Shown here piece after piece: positions 9,868 through 18,368 of a DNA stretch of 64,000 nucleotides. Source of the DNA: a phage. Made by a program: the position numbers and the translations under genes. The notes below the pieces were generated by a model that saw nothing but the letters and a program-made list of their open reading frames with translations, was not told the origin of the DNA and did not search any database. The DNA lies in assembly GCA_011915565.1 (NCBI GenBank), contig GCA_011915565.1_3920.1. One strand, written 5' to 3'. Position 1 is the first letter of the stretch. Every line of letters begins with the position of its first letter.

Positions 9868-12012
9868 ATGAACAAAGTACAGATTATTAAAAAGAATGGC
9901 TCACTTGAAGAACCCGATATCAAAAAAGTTTTAGCGGCAGTAACAAAGTCAGCTAACAGGGTTGGATATAAAGAACTGCCACCAGATGTTACCCAAGCTC
10001 TTGAGTCAGCATTCATGAGGATTTTGGTAAAGTCCACTAAGCAGAATAATTTGCTTATCTCGGTAAATGATATTCACAGTATTGTTGAAGGTGCTTTGGC
10101 AGAGGTCAATCACGAGATTTATGAGTCTTACTCAACATACAGAAATTACCGTAAAGAGGTTGCTCAAAATTGGGACGAACTCTACCAGAAGACTAAAGAT
10201 ACACTCTTCTTAGGTGACCGTGAAAATGCTAACTTTGACAGCAGTTTAATTTCTACGAAAGGTTCAATTATCCGTGGTTACCTGACTAAAGAAATCTTTA
10301 AACAGTATCATCTAACACCAGAGGAACTTGAAGCCATTGAGAAAGGCTTTATCTATATCCACGATTTGAGAGACCTGATTTTTGGTGGTATTAACTGTTG
10401 CCTGTTTGACATTGGTAAAGTACTAAAAGGTGGCTTTGAAATGTCCGGCATTGAGTACTGTGAACCTAAATCTGTACTGTCAGCGTTGCAGGTTATTGGT
10501 GACGTAGTACTTTCAGCAACTGCACAGCAATTTGGTGGTTTTACTTTAGCAGAGATTGATAAGGTACTTGTACCGTATGCTAAGAAGTCTCTACGCTATC
10601 ATGCTGAGAAAGCATCATCTTATGGTATTCCTAAAGAGCATTACCACAATTATGTAATGGAGCAGTTACAAATTGAACTGACTCAAGGTTTTCAGTCACT
10701 TGAGATGAAACTAAATACCGTACCTTGTAGCCGTGGTGATTTTGCATTCACAACTTTAACATTTGGTTTACTTGACTCAGATATGTCTAATGAGGATAAT
10801 CGACTACAATACATGATTGCAAGTACTCTCCTAGATGTTCGTATGAATGGACAAGGCAAGAGTAAAAAACCTGTTGTATTCCCTAAACTGGTTTATATTT
10901 ATGACCAGAAGAGACATGATGAGAATATCTGTCAAGGTCACCTGTACAGTAAAGCTATTGAGTGTTGCTCTAAAGCAATGTACCCAGATTTCTTAAGTGT
11001 GTCTGGTCATGGTGCTGTAGCAGAGGCTTTTGAGCGTTCTGGTAAGGTAATTTCACCGATGGGTTGCAGAGCCTTCTTATCTCCATATTTTAATGAGGAT
11101 GGGGAAGAGTTTTACGTTGGTCGTGCTAACATTGGTGCTGTATCTTTGAACTTGCCAATGATTTACCAGTACTCTAAAGAGAATGGTTTAGATTTCTGGA
11201 AAGAGCTTGATAAGTACCTAGAGATGATTCGCAACTTCCACAAGAAACGCTACGAAATGATTGCTAATATGCCAGCAAGTTCTAACCCTCTTGCGTTCAC
11301 ACAAGGTGGTCTGTACAAAGGAACTAAGAAACCTACTGACAAGGTTGGTTGGGATATTGTGAAGTCCTTCACAGCTTCTTTTGGTGTTACTGCGCTTGAT
11401 GAGTTGTCTGTTCTTGCTGAAGGTAAACGACTTCATGAAGTTGGAAGCTATAGTTTTGCATATGATGTTCTGGCATACATTAACATGAAAACCGAAGAGT
11501 TTAAAAATGAAGATGGCTTCTTATATGCCGTCTATGGTACTCCAGCAGAATCACTATGTGGGACTCAGCTAAAACAGTTCAGAGATATGTTTGGGGTTAT
11601 CAAAGGTGTTTCCGATAAGGAATACTTTACAAATAGTTTCCATATGAATGTTGCAGCAGACATCTCACCATTTGAGAAGCAGGACTTAGAAGAGCCATTC
11701 TTCCATATCTGTAGAGGCGGTAGAATCCAGTATGTAAGAGTAGCTAACCCAGAAAACTTAACAGCACTTAAAAGTTGTATTACAAGAGGTATGTTGAAAG
11801 GTTTCTATCAGGGACTTAACTTTGACTTAGCAATCTGTGAACATTGTGGTAACAGGCCAAAGGCTGATGTTGAAGAATGTGAAGTTTGTCACTCACATGA
11901 TATCTCTGTGATTAACAGGGTGTGTGGGTATCTTGGATGGACTAAGATTAAAGGTGAATCCCGAATGAACGATGCAAAAATCGCTGAGATTCGTGACAGA
12001 GTTTCTATGTAA
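9868..12012 (+). CDS. nrdD: anaerobic ribonucleoside-triphosphate reductase (class III)
   Basis: 714 aa; C-terminal Cys cluster (CEHCG...CEVC) and glycyl-radical-like RVCGYLG motif. Confidence 0.85.
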   Translation: MNKVQIIKKNGSLEEPDIKKVLAAVTKSANRVGYKELPPDVTQALESAFMRILVKSTKQNNLLISVNDIHSIVEGALAEVNHEIYESYSTYRNYRKEVAQNWDELYQKTKDTLFLGDRENANFDSSLISTKGSIIRGYLTKEIFKQYHLTPEELEAIEKGFIYIHDLRDLIFGGINCCLFDIGKVLKGGFEMSGIEYCEPKSVLSALQVIGDVVLSATAQQFGGFTLAEIDKVLVPYAKKSLRYHAEKASSYGIPKEHYHNYVMEQLQIELTQGFQSLEMKLNTVPCSRGDFAFTTLTFGLLDSDMSNEDNRLQYMIASTLLDVRMNGQGKSKKPVVFPKLVYIYDQKRHDENICQGHLYSKAIECCSKAMYPDFLSVSGHGAVAEAFERSGKVISPMGCRAFLSPYFNEDGEEFYVGRANIGAVSLNLPMIYQYSKENGLDFWKELDKYLEMIRNFHKKRYEMIANMPASSNPLAFTQGGLYKGTKKPTDKVGWDIVKSFTASFGVTALDELSVLAEGKRLHEVGSYSFAYDVLAYINMKTEEFKNEDGFLYAVYGTPAESLCGTQLKQFRDMFGVIKGVSDKEYFTNSFHMNVAADISPFEKQDLEEPFFHICRGGRIQYVRVANPENLTALKSCITRGMLKGFYQGLNFDLAICEHCGNRPKADVEECEVCHSHDISVINRVCGYLGWTKIKGESRMNDAKIAEIRDRVSM

Positions 12013-12023
12013 AACTTGACATG

Positions 12024-12060
12024 GTGGTGTGAGTCTTGATAGGCTTACATCACCTTTTTT
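12024..12060 (+). terminator. candidate intrinsic terminator
   Basis: Imperfect hairpin followed by a T6 run directly after nrdD. Confidence 0.4.
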
Positions 12061-12166
12061 ATTGGATGTTAGATATGGCAGAGAGTATTATTGGGTTGTT
12101 CATAGGTTCTGTCTTACTAGGGTTCTTTTTAGTACTCTCTTATTGTGAATTAAGAGGCAAGTTAAA

Positions 12167-12367
12167 ATGTTTAAAATATCAAAAGCGTTGATATACATTC
12201 TCCACATTCTAATCTTCTTCTTTGGGGTTAGTGTTATGGTATGGGGTTTTTCAGACCCACAATGGAGTTTCGCATATCAGGGTCAGATGGATTTATGGTC
12301 ATGCTTCAAACCATTTTTAGGGTTAGTCATAGCATTCAGTGCATTGCCAACTAAGGTGAAATTATGA
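12167..12367 (+). CDS. small membrane protein
   Basis: 66 aa, hydrophobic N-terminal helix; a further unlisted 38-aa hydrophobic ORF lies at about 12075-12191. Confidence 0.4.
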   Translation: MFKISKALIYILHILIFFFGVSVMVWGFSDPQWSFAYQGQMDLWSCFKPFLGLVIAFSALPTKVKL

Positions 12368-12759
12368 TTAAGTTGAACAAAAAACAGTTAGAGTGGATTA
12401 AAGATTATGCCTCAGAGTGTGGCTCTTGCGAAAAGAATCACGTAAGATATTCAACATTCCATACGACCTTCACATTGTACATCAGCGACAACGTTCTAAG
12501 TGATTCCGTAGAAGATGGCGTAGCGTTACCTAATGAATTGCTTGACAAATTAGCTGTAGTCTCTGGAACTTGGTCTGAAGAAGACGGTCATGAATTATCT
12601 AATGATGTTGTCTTCTACACTCTTGAAAACATTATGAATCCAGAGTACATTATACTAATGACTTGTGCACAAGATTGTGTGCCATTACAAAACTTCATTA
12701 AAGAACACTGCGAAGAATTTATTACTAAACAGGTTCCTTGTCAGGTGGTGTTTGAATGA
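12364..12759 (+). CDS. hypothetical protein
   Basis: 131 aa ORF with start overlapping the upstream stop. Confidence 0.55.
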   Translation: MIKLNKKQLEWIKDYASECGSCEKNHVRYSTFHTTFTLYISDNVLSDSVEDGVALPNELLDKLAVVSGTWSEEDGHELSNDVVFYTLENIMNPEYIILMTCAQDCVPLQNFIKEHCEEFITKQVPCQVVFE

Positions 12760-13055
12760 GTAAAACAATTCGAAGAAAAGGTTTAAAGAACGTTCATGGA
12801 CTCTATGAGTGGAGAAATGAGGTACGTAACAGAGAAAATGCTTCAGATGTCTACTCCCATTCTGATATGATGTCCAGAAAAGGTGGCTCTTACGACTTCA
12901 CAAGCCAGCCTTGTAGAGAGATTAAGAAGGCCACTAAACGTCTTACAAGAACACAAATAAGGCAGCTTTCTAAGACATCCTTCTTAGATGAAGATTTTGA
13001 TATTGATAGCAAGTCTCCAAAGAAAGCCGCTAAGAACACTTATATGTATTGGTGA
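12756..13055 (+). CDS. hypothetical protein
   Basis: 99 aa ORF with overlapping start. Confidence 0.5.
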   Translation: MSKTIRRKGLKNVHGLYEWRNEVRNRENASDVYSHSDMMSRKGGSYDFTSQPCREIKKATKRLTRTQIRQLSKTSFLDEDFDIDSKSPKKAAKNTYMYW

Positions 13056-13064
13056 GGTAACTAG

Positions 13065-13550
13065 ATGAATTACATGGAGATTCGACCATTTGACACAGCT
13101 AATGGTGAAGGGGTTCGTGTAAGCCTCTTCGTAGCTGGTTGTAAGCATCACTGTGAAGGTTGCTTTAATAAGGAATCTTGGAAGTTTAATGCTGGTAAAG
13201 AGTTTACTTATGCAAACCTCTACGGTATCATTAAGTTAATGGATGATGAGGCCATCAGTGGGTTGTCAATACTCGGTGGAGAGCCTCTGGATGATAGAAA
13301 TATTCAAGAGGTTACCAACATATGCAAGCGTATTAAAACTGTTTATCCAGAAAAGTCTATATGGCTTTGGACAGGTTTTCAACTGCACGAAAAAATCCAC
13401 TTAGATGTGATGAAATATGTTGACGTGGTGATTGATGGTAAGTATGATTCATCTAAACCAACAGTTAAACCATATCGTGGTTCAGACAACCAAAACCTCT
13501 GGAGAAAAGAGTACGGATGGCAAGGTGATTGTCAGTGGAGAGCAGAGTGA
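13065..13550 (+). CDS. nrdG: anaerobic RNR activating protein (radical SAM)
   Basis: 161 aa; Cys cluster CKHHCEGCFNKESW typical of NrdG-type activases. Confidence 0.8.
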   Translation: MNYMEIRPFDTANGEGVRVSLFVAGCKHHCEGCFNKESWKFNAGKEFTYANLYGIIKLMDDEAISGLSILGGEPLDDRNIQEVTNICKRIKTVYPEKSIWLWTGFQLHEKIHLDVMKYVDVVIDGKYDSSKPTVKPYRGSDNQNLWRKEYGWQGDCQWRAE

Positions 13551-13645
13551 TTATTCTGGCAAATGGACTAAGGTATAACTCCAATTGGTATCACTGAAGA
13601 AGAACTCCATAAGTTCTGTATTAAACTTTAATGAGAGAGACTAAA

Positions 13646-13912
13646 ATGGGAATTTTAGGTAATATGAAGGCTGGCTTCTTGAAGGCACTGGCAAAAGCAG
13701 CAGCAATCATTTCTATGACTGGAAAGCAGGTTGGTGTAGATGCTTCAGCAGTTGCACAAGTTCTTACAAGCCAAATTGAACAGCAACCTTACATCTACGT
13801 AGGCCGTGGCAAAGGTGGTAAAAAACAAGCACATCGACCAACTGGTGCAGCAGCAATTAAACGTGCAGCTAAAAAAGCTCGTAACCGTAAACGTAATAAG
13901 AAGGCTAAATAA
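13646..13912 (+). CDS. hypothetical protein with polybasic C-terminal tail
   Basis: Amphipathic N-terminal segment then KRAAKKARNRKRNKKAK tail; ATG at 13646 has the better RBS than the track start at 13631. Confidence 0.5.
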   Translation: MGILGNMKAGFLKALAKAAAIISMTGKQVGVDASAVAQVLTSQIEQQPYIYVGRGKGGKKQAHRPTGAAAIKRAAKKARNRKRNKKAK

Positions 13913-13914
13913 TC

Positions 13915-14235
13915 ATGAGCAAAGTTTATAACACTCGCAAATTACAGATTTTCGTACTGTGCCAGTTTATGGCTAAAGAATACAACTTCTACTATTGCGG
14001 CACAGGTTTTATTAGTGATGATGATGGCTCATACCTTCCATTCAAAGAAGCTGTGAAGCTCTTTAATGAAGAGGAAAGCTCTAAGAAAGATATTGAAAAG
14101 GTGAAACTGACCTACAGCAAGAAAGATAAGAAGATTATCTGCCTAGATAACTTTGTAAAAGTTACTGGAAAAGCAAAAGAGCTTATGGATGAGAGTGAGA
14201 TTCCATTCACAAGCCTCTTGAAAGTAGCTCAGTAA
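13915..14235 (+). CDS. hypothetical protein
   Basis: 106 aa ORF. Confidence 0.5.
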   Translation: MSKVYNTRKLQIFVLCQFMAKEYNFYYCGTGFISDDDGSYLPFKEAVKLFNEEESSKKDIEKVKLTYSKKDKKIICLDNFVKVTGKAKELMDESEIPFTSLLKVAQ

Positions 14236-14246
14236 ACAGATACTAT

Positions 14247-14273
14247 AAGGGGACTGTAAAGGTTCCCTTTTTA
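14247..14273 (+). terminator. intrinsic terminator
   Basis: GGGGAC/GTTCCC stem plus TTTTT. Confidence 0.55.
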
Positions 14274-14286
14274 TTTTGGAGGTAAA

Positions 14287-14802
14287 ATGTATCTGTCAAA
14301 CCTGAAACGTTCGGTTGCAATGTCAGTTCTAAGACTCAGCTTTGATGAGCGTCAAGAGTTTATAGACTCCCACAAATATGACCCTTCAAATTCTAATCAC
14401 ATGGTTCTTTGGAATCGTGATAACTTCCGTGAAAGAGCACTTGTCCGTTATTACCCACACTACACAATAGATAACCTGTATGAATGGTGTGTTGTGAAGA
14501 ACACCATTGCAACACTGAACAATCTTTGCAGGTATACGGGTAAGCAAACATTTACATTAGGTCATCACAAACCTGTTACAAAAGGTGGTGAACATCACTG
14601 TGCAAACTGGTTTATCCAAACTAAAGCTGATAACCAGAAGCAAGGAGATAGCCTCCTAAGTATTCCTAAGATGACCTATGAAGAGCAAGAGAGGTATATC
14701 AAAAATAATATGCCAGATGTGCTTGACAACAACTATACAGATTTGGCAATATCTCTCCTGTTGAAGTTCGAGACAGTTTATAGGGCAACTTATAATGGCT
14801 AA
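14287..14802 (+). CDS. HNH endonuclease (possible homing endonuclease)
   Basis: 171 aa; LGHHKPVTKGGEHHCANWFIQTKADNQKQ fits the HNH motif; GGAGGT RBS. Confidence 0.65.
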   Translation: MYLSNLKRSVAMSVLRLSFDERQEFIDSHKYDPSNSNHMVLWNRDNFRERALVRYYPHYTIDNLYEWCVVKNTIATLNNLCRYTGKQTFTLGHHKPVTKGGEHHCANWFIQTKADNQKQGDSLLSIPKMTYEEQERYIKNNMPDVLDNNYTDLAISLLLKFETVYRATYNG

Positions 14803-15073
14803 AGAAAAGTGGGAGATTTTACCATTAGTCAGTGAAGGAGGTAATGGTTGTGAAATGTACATGATACGTGGTCATGTTCCAGAGCCAATTGCACTTGAGA
14901 TGGTAAACAACTTTACAGATGGTTCTTACAAAGACTTAGGCGAACCAACTGTCAAGCAACAATGGGTTAAACCTGTACCAGACAGCACAGGTAACTGTAG
15001 TGTACTTTATCACGTTGTAGACCCTGCAAAATGCAAATCTGCAATGGCAGTAACAAACGTAACTTTTGATTGA
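14795..15073 (+). CDS. hypothetical protein
   Basis: 92 aa ORF. Confidence 0.45.
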   Translation: MAKEKWEILPLVSEGGNGCEMYMIRGHVPEPIALEMVNNFTDGSYKDLGEPTVKQQWVKPVPDSTGNCSVLYHVVDPAKCKSAMAVTNVTFD

Positions 15074-15084
15074 GAGAGAAAACT

Positions 15085-15966
15085 ATGAAAACATCTATCC
15101 GTGTTACAGTTCATTCACCAACTAAAGGGACTCATGAAGAAGAGTTTAACATCGTCCAATTCCCTTCTGGTGAGATTGGTGGACACTTTTCGCCAGAGTT
15201 TGTTGATTTTACTGCTTATGCAGCATCATCCATCAACAATGTGATTATGATTGTAAAAGGTTATGACAAGGACACATTGTTTGCTGTGGCACTTGCTAAA
15301 GAAGCAATTGATGATTTAATTCCTCATGATTATGCTTTAAAGACTGTCATCTTTTACTACTTACCAAATGCACGATATGACCGTCACATGTTTAAAGGTG
15401 ACGCAGCAGCTTTAAAGGTTTTTGCTAAACAGATTAATGCAATGGGATTTGGCGCAGTCTGTGCAGTTGACCCTCACAGCTATGTACCAGATAACCTGTT
15501 TAACTGCTTCCAGAGTATTCCTCAAAAGGAAATTGCAGTCCACTATGCAAATGACCCACTGATTGATTACTTAGTAGCCCCAGATGCAGGTGCTGCTAAG
15601 AAGATTGCAGAGACTGCTAAAGAGGTGGATAAACCATACATCACAATGTCTAAAGTACGCAACCTTAAGACTGGTGAAATTACTGGTATGCGAATCCTTG
15701 ATGATGTTGATTTGACAGATAAAACCGTCATGATTCTGGATGATATCTGTGATGGTGGTCGAACCTTCATAGAAGCAGCTAAACATCTTCGTGAAGCAGG
15801 TGCAAAACGTGTGGAACTCTATGTAACACACGGTATCTTCTCTAAAGATGTTGAAAACCTTCTTGACAATGGCATTGACCACATCTACACTACAAACTCT
15901 TTAGGGGAAGCTAAAGACCGTGGCTTAACACATTATGGTCAAGTTACTGTAGCAAACCTTGATTGA
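15085..15966 (+). CDS. ribose-phosphate pyrophosphokinase-like (PRPP synthetase family; candidate ADP-ribose pyrophosphokinase)
   Basis: PRTase-type nucleotide-binding loop VMILDDICDGGRTF; track start 15070 is TTG, ATG at 15085 chosen; immediately upstream of the NAMPT-like gene. Confidence 0.7.
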   Translation: MKTSIRVTVHSPTKGTHEEEFNIVQFPSGEIGGHFSPEFVDFTAYAASSINNVIMIVKGYDKDTLFAVALAKEAIDDLIPHDYALKTVIFYYLPNARYDRHMFKGDAAALKVFAKQINAMGFGAVCAVDPHSYVPDNLFNCFQSIPQKEIAVHYANDPLIDYLVAPDAGAAKKIAETAKEVDKPYITMSKVRNLKTGEITGMRILDDVDLTDKTVMILDDICDGGRTFIEAAKHLREAGAKRVELYVTHGIFSKDVENLLDNGIDHIYTTNSLGEAKDRGLTHYGQVTVANLD

Positions 15967-15975
15967 AACTTTATA

Positions 15976-15997
15976 GGGGCTTAAAAGCCCCATTTTG
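15976..15997 (+). terminator. intrinsic terminator-like hairpin
   Basis: GGGGC-TTAAAA-GCCCC followed by ATTTTG. Confidence 0.5.
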
Positions 15998-16011
15998 AGA
16001 GAGATTAAAAG

Positions 16012-17793
16012 ATGACTAAATCACTTTATGCAGTACCAGCAGGTTTAAACGCAGATGCTTACAAATCTGGTCATGTTTACCAGTACCCTAGTGCAACAGA
16101 GTACTTGATGTTCAACCTGACACCACGTAGTGACAAATGGTTTAACAGCCCCTTAGCAATTGATGGTGTAGTAGCTTTTGGTATTCAACGTTTCGTTAAA
16201 GATTACTTGATAGACCACTGGAACGCCACTTTCTTTGAACGTGATAAAAAAGAAGCCATTGATGAAATCTTAGAAGTTATGAATGGTGTTCTGGGTAAAG
16301 ATGCTATCGGTCGAGAGCATTGGGAAGCACTTCACGACTTAGGTTATCTACCAGTTGAAGTATACGCTGTAGAAGAAGGTACAGTTGTTCCTATGCGTGT
16401 ACCAATGATTGTCTTCCAGAACACTGTTTCAGGTTTCCATTGGGTAGCGGGATATCTGGAAGATGCTTTCTCTGCTGAGATTTGGAAGGCTTGTACCATT
16501 GCAACTATTGCATTGCATTATAAACGCATCTGTAAGAAGTGGGCTGACCTTACTTGCGACAATGACTTACATTTACCTTATCAGTGCCATGACTTTGCTA
16601 TGCGTGGTATGTCCGGCTTTACTGATGACGCATTTAACGCTGTAGGCCACTTAACCAGCTTTAAAGGGACTGATAGCTTCCCTGCTGTATATACAGCTAA
16701 ACGCATCTACGGACAGTCTTACCCAGTCTCTGATATTGGTGGTTCTGTACCAGCCACTGAACACTCTGTAATGTGTGCAAACATTGCTTGGGAAGGTGGT
16801 AATGAGTTGGTTGAAGAAGAAAGACGCTTTAAAGGTGAGTTGCAAACCTTCCGTCGCTTCTTAACAGAAACTTATCCAACTGGTATTGCAAGTGTTGTTT
16901 CAGACACTTATAACTTCTGGAGAACTGTGTCAGAAATCTTACCAGCACTCCGTAAAGAAATTATGGAACGTGATGGCAAACTGGTAATTCGTCCTGACTC
17001 TGGAGACCCTGTACACATTGTCACAGGTTATAAAGCAATCCACTTAGAGTGTGCTAAAAAGGCTTATTATGAGCACCTAAGCAATCTGGAAGCCAGTGAC
17101 ACAATGCTGAATGCTGTTCTGAACATGAAGCTTGAAAACATCAGCTATGGTATTGCTGGATGGCTACTGTCAGAAGGCTACGAAATGGTTGTTGACAGAG
17201 AAGACTTTGAAGTTGCTGATACAGTGATGTTGAAGAACGCTTATATGGTTGGTTCTGCAAACGTTGTAACACGCCCTGTAGCAGAGATTGATGGAGCTAT
17301 TAAGACCTTGTATAACATCTTTGGAGGAACTATTAACTCTAAAGGTTTTAAGGTACTGGATGAGCACATTGGCCTTATCTATGGCGACTCTATCACGTTG
17401 GAACGTGCAAACGAAATCCTGAAGCGTCTGTATGAAATGGGGTTTGCAAGCTCTAACGTGGTGTTTGGTGTAGGCTCTTACACTTACCAGTACATGACTC
17501 GTGACACCTTTGCATTTGCTGTCAAAGCAACTCTTGCAAGCATTGGTGGCAAAGAGATTATGCTTGCAAAAGACCCTAAAACAGATAGTGGTGTTAAGAA
17601 ATCTGCCTTTGGTGGTGTAGCACCTATGTGGGATGGTGAGAATTTGAAAGCTGTAGATGGCTATGGATTCCAGAGCTTTGCAGATGCACTTGAACATCCA
17701 GCTTGTGCTTTACGTTTAGTCTTTAGCGACTCTGAGCAGTACGGTTACACAACTCTTGGTGATATTCGAAATAATATTGACAATCAGCTTTAA
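16012..17793 (+). CDS. nicotinamide phosphoribosyltransferase-like enzyme (NAMPT/NadV family; candidate NAD+-forming transferase)
   Basis: 593 aa; N-terminal NADAYKSGHVYQYP resembles the conserved NAMPT start (DSYK..H..QYP). Confidence 0.75.
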   Translation: MTKSLYAVPAGLNADAYKSGHVYQYPSATEYLMFNLTPRSDKWFNSPLAIDGVVAFGIQRFVKDYLIDHWNATFFERDKKEAIDEILEVMNGVLGKDAIGREHWEALHDLGYLPVEVYAVEEGTVVPMRVPMIVFQNTVSGFHWVAGYLEDAFSAEIWKACTIATIALHYKRICKKWADLTCDNDLHLPYQCHDFAMRGMSGFTDDAFNAVGHLTSFKGTDSFPAVYTAKRIYGQSYPVSDIGGSVPATEHSVMCANIAWEGGNELVEEERRFKGELQTFRRFLTETYPTGIASVVSDTYNFWRTVSEILPALRKEIMERDGKLVIRPDSGDPVHIVTGYKAIHLECAKKAYYEHLSNLEASDTMLNAVLNMKLENISYGIAGWLLSEGYEMVVDREDFEVADTVMLKNAYMVGSANVVTRPVAEIDGAIKTLYNIFGGTINSKGFKVLDEHIGLIYGDSITLERANEILKRLYEMGFASSNVVFGVGSYTYQYMTRDTFAFAVKATLASIGGKEIMLAKDPKTDSGVKKSAFGGVAPMWDGENLKAVDGYGFQSFADALEHPACALRLVFSDSEQYGYTTLGDIRNNIDNQL

Positions 17794-17808
17794 AAGTATA
17801 TGATAAGA

Positions 17809-17829
17809 GGCTCCTACGGGAGCCTTTTT
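17809..17829 (+). terminator. intrinsic terminator
   Basis: GGCTCC-TACG-GGAGCC plus TTTTT. Confidence 0.75.
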
Positions 17830-17846
17830 AATTTCTGGAGAAGATT

Positions 17847-18182
17847 ATGAAAATCAAAGAGATGAACATCAACATTGTCTTAGAAGAACGTTGGGAGAAT
17901 ATTAAGAAACCTGAAGATGGTAAAAAGTTCCTTAACAAAATTTTAGTAGCAGCTAAAGAAGAACTGACTGGCAAGATTGCAGCAGCAGTCACAATAAAAG
18001 TTTGTGTAAAAGGTCTTCCAGACAACCACCAATTTGCGCTTGACGAGTTTAAAAAAAGCTTCTACAATCCAAACAAACAGATGCTTGAAAGTAACTTTGC
18101 AGTATCTACAAGTATCGTCCATGACAGAAGCTTTATCCTTTACAAAAATATGAGAGGTGAGTCATGCAAGCATATTGGATAG
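17847..18182 (+). CDS. hypothetical protein
   Basis: 111 aa; GGAGAAG RBS. Confidence 0.55.
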   Translation: MKIKEMNINIVLEERWENIKKPEDGKKFLNKILVAAKEELTGKIAAAVTIKVCVKGLPDNHQFALDEFKKSFYNPNKQMLESNFAVSTSIVHDRSFILYKNMRGESCKHIG

Positions 18183-18340
18183 AAATTTTACTGTCACTTG
18201 GCAGCGTAGCAGTATTTGTTTACCTTCTTTGCAAGTACTATGCAGAGTACAAGAAGTGTGATTACTGCAATGGGGAAGGGTATACAAGAGCAGGTTGTTG
18301 CCCTATGTGTGGTGGTTCTGGTAAAATGTTTAATAAGTAA
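18164..18340 (+). CDS. small membrane-anchored protein with DnaJ-type zinc-finger repeats (58 aa)
   Basis: Not in ORF track (under 60 aa); strong GAGGTGA RBS; N-terminal hydrophobic helix then CDYCNGEGYTRAGCCPMCGGSGK (two CxxCxGxG units). Confidence 0.5.
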   Translation: MQAYWIEILLSLGSVAVFVYLLCKYYAEYKKCDYCNGEGYTRAGCCPMCGGSGKMFNK

Positions 18341-18368
18341 TTTAACAGTAAACTAAGAGGAAAGTATT

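Noticed and set aside
5761-12012. Group I introns or inteins in RNR genes (as in T4 nrdB/nrdD)
   Set aside because: NrdA, NrdB and NrdD each read as a single uninterrupted ORF of expected length; no internal stop-bounded insert seen. Not excluded without alignment.
17170-17697. 175-aa minus-strand ORF
   Set aside because: Entirely antisense within the NAMPT-like gene, whose coding assignment is strongly supported by motif and length.
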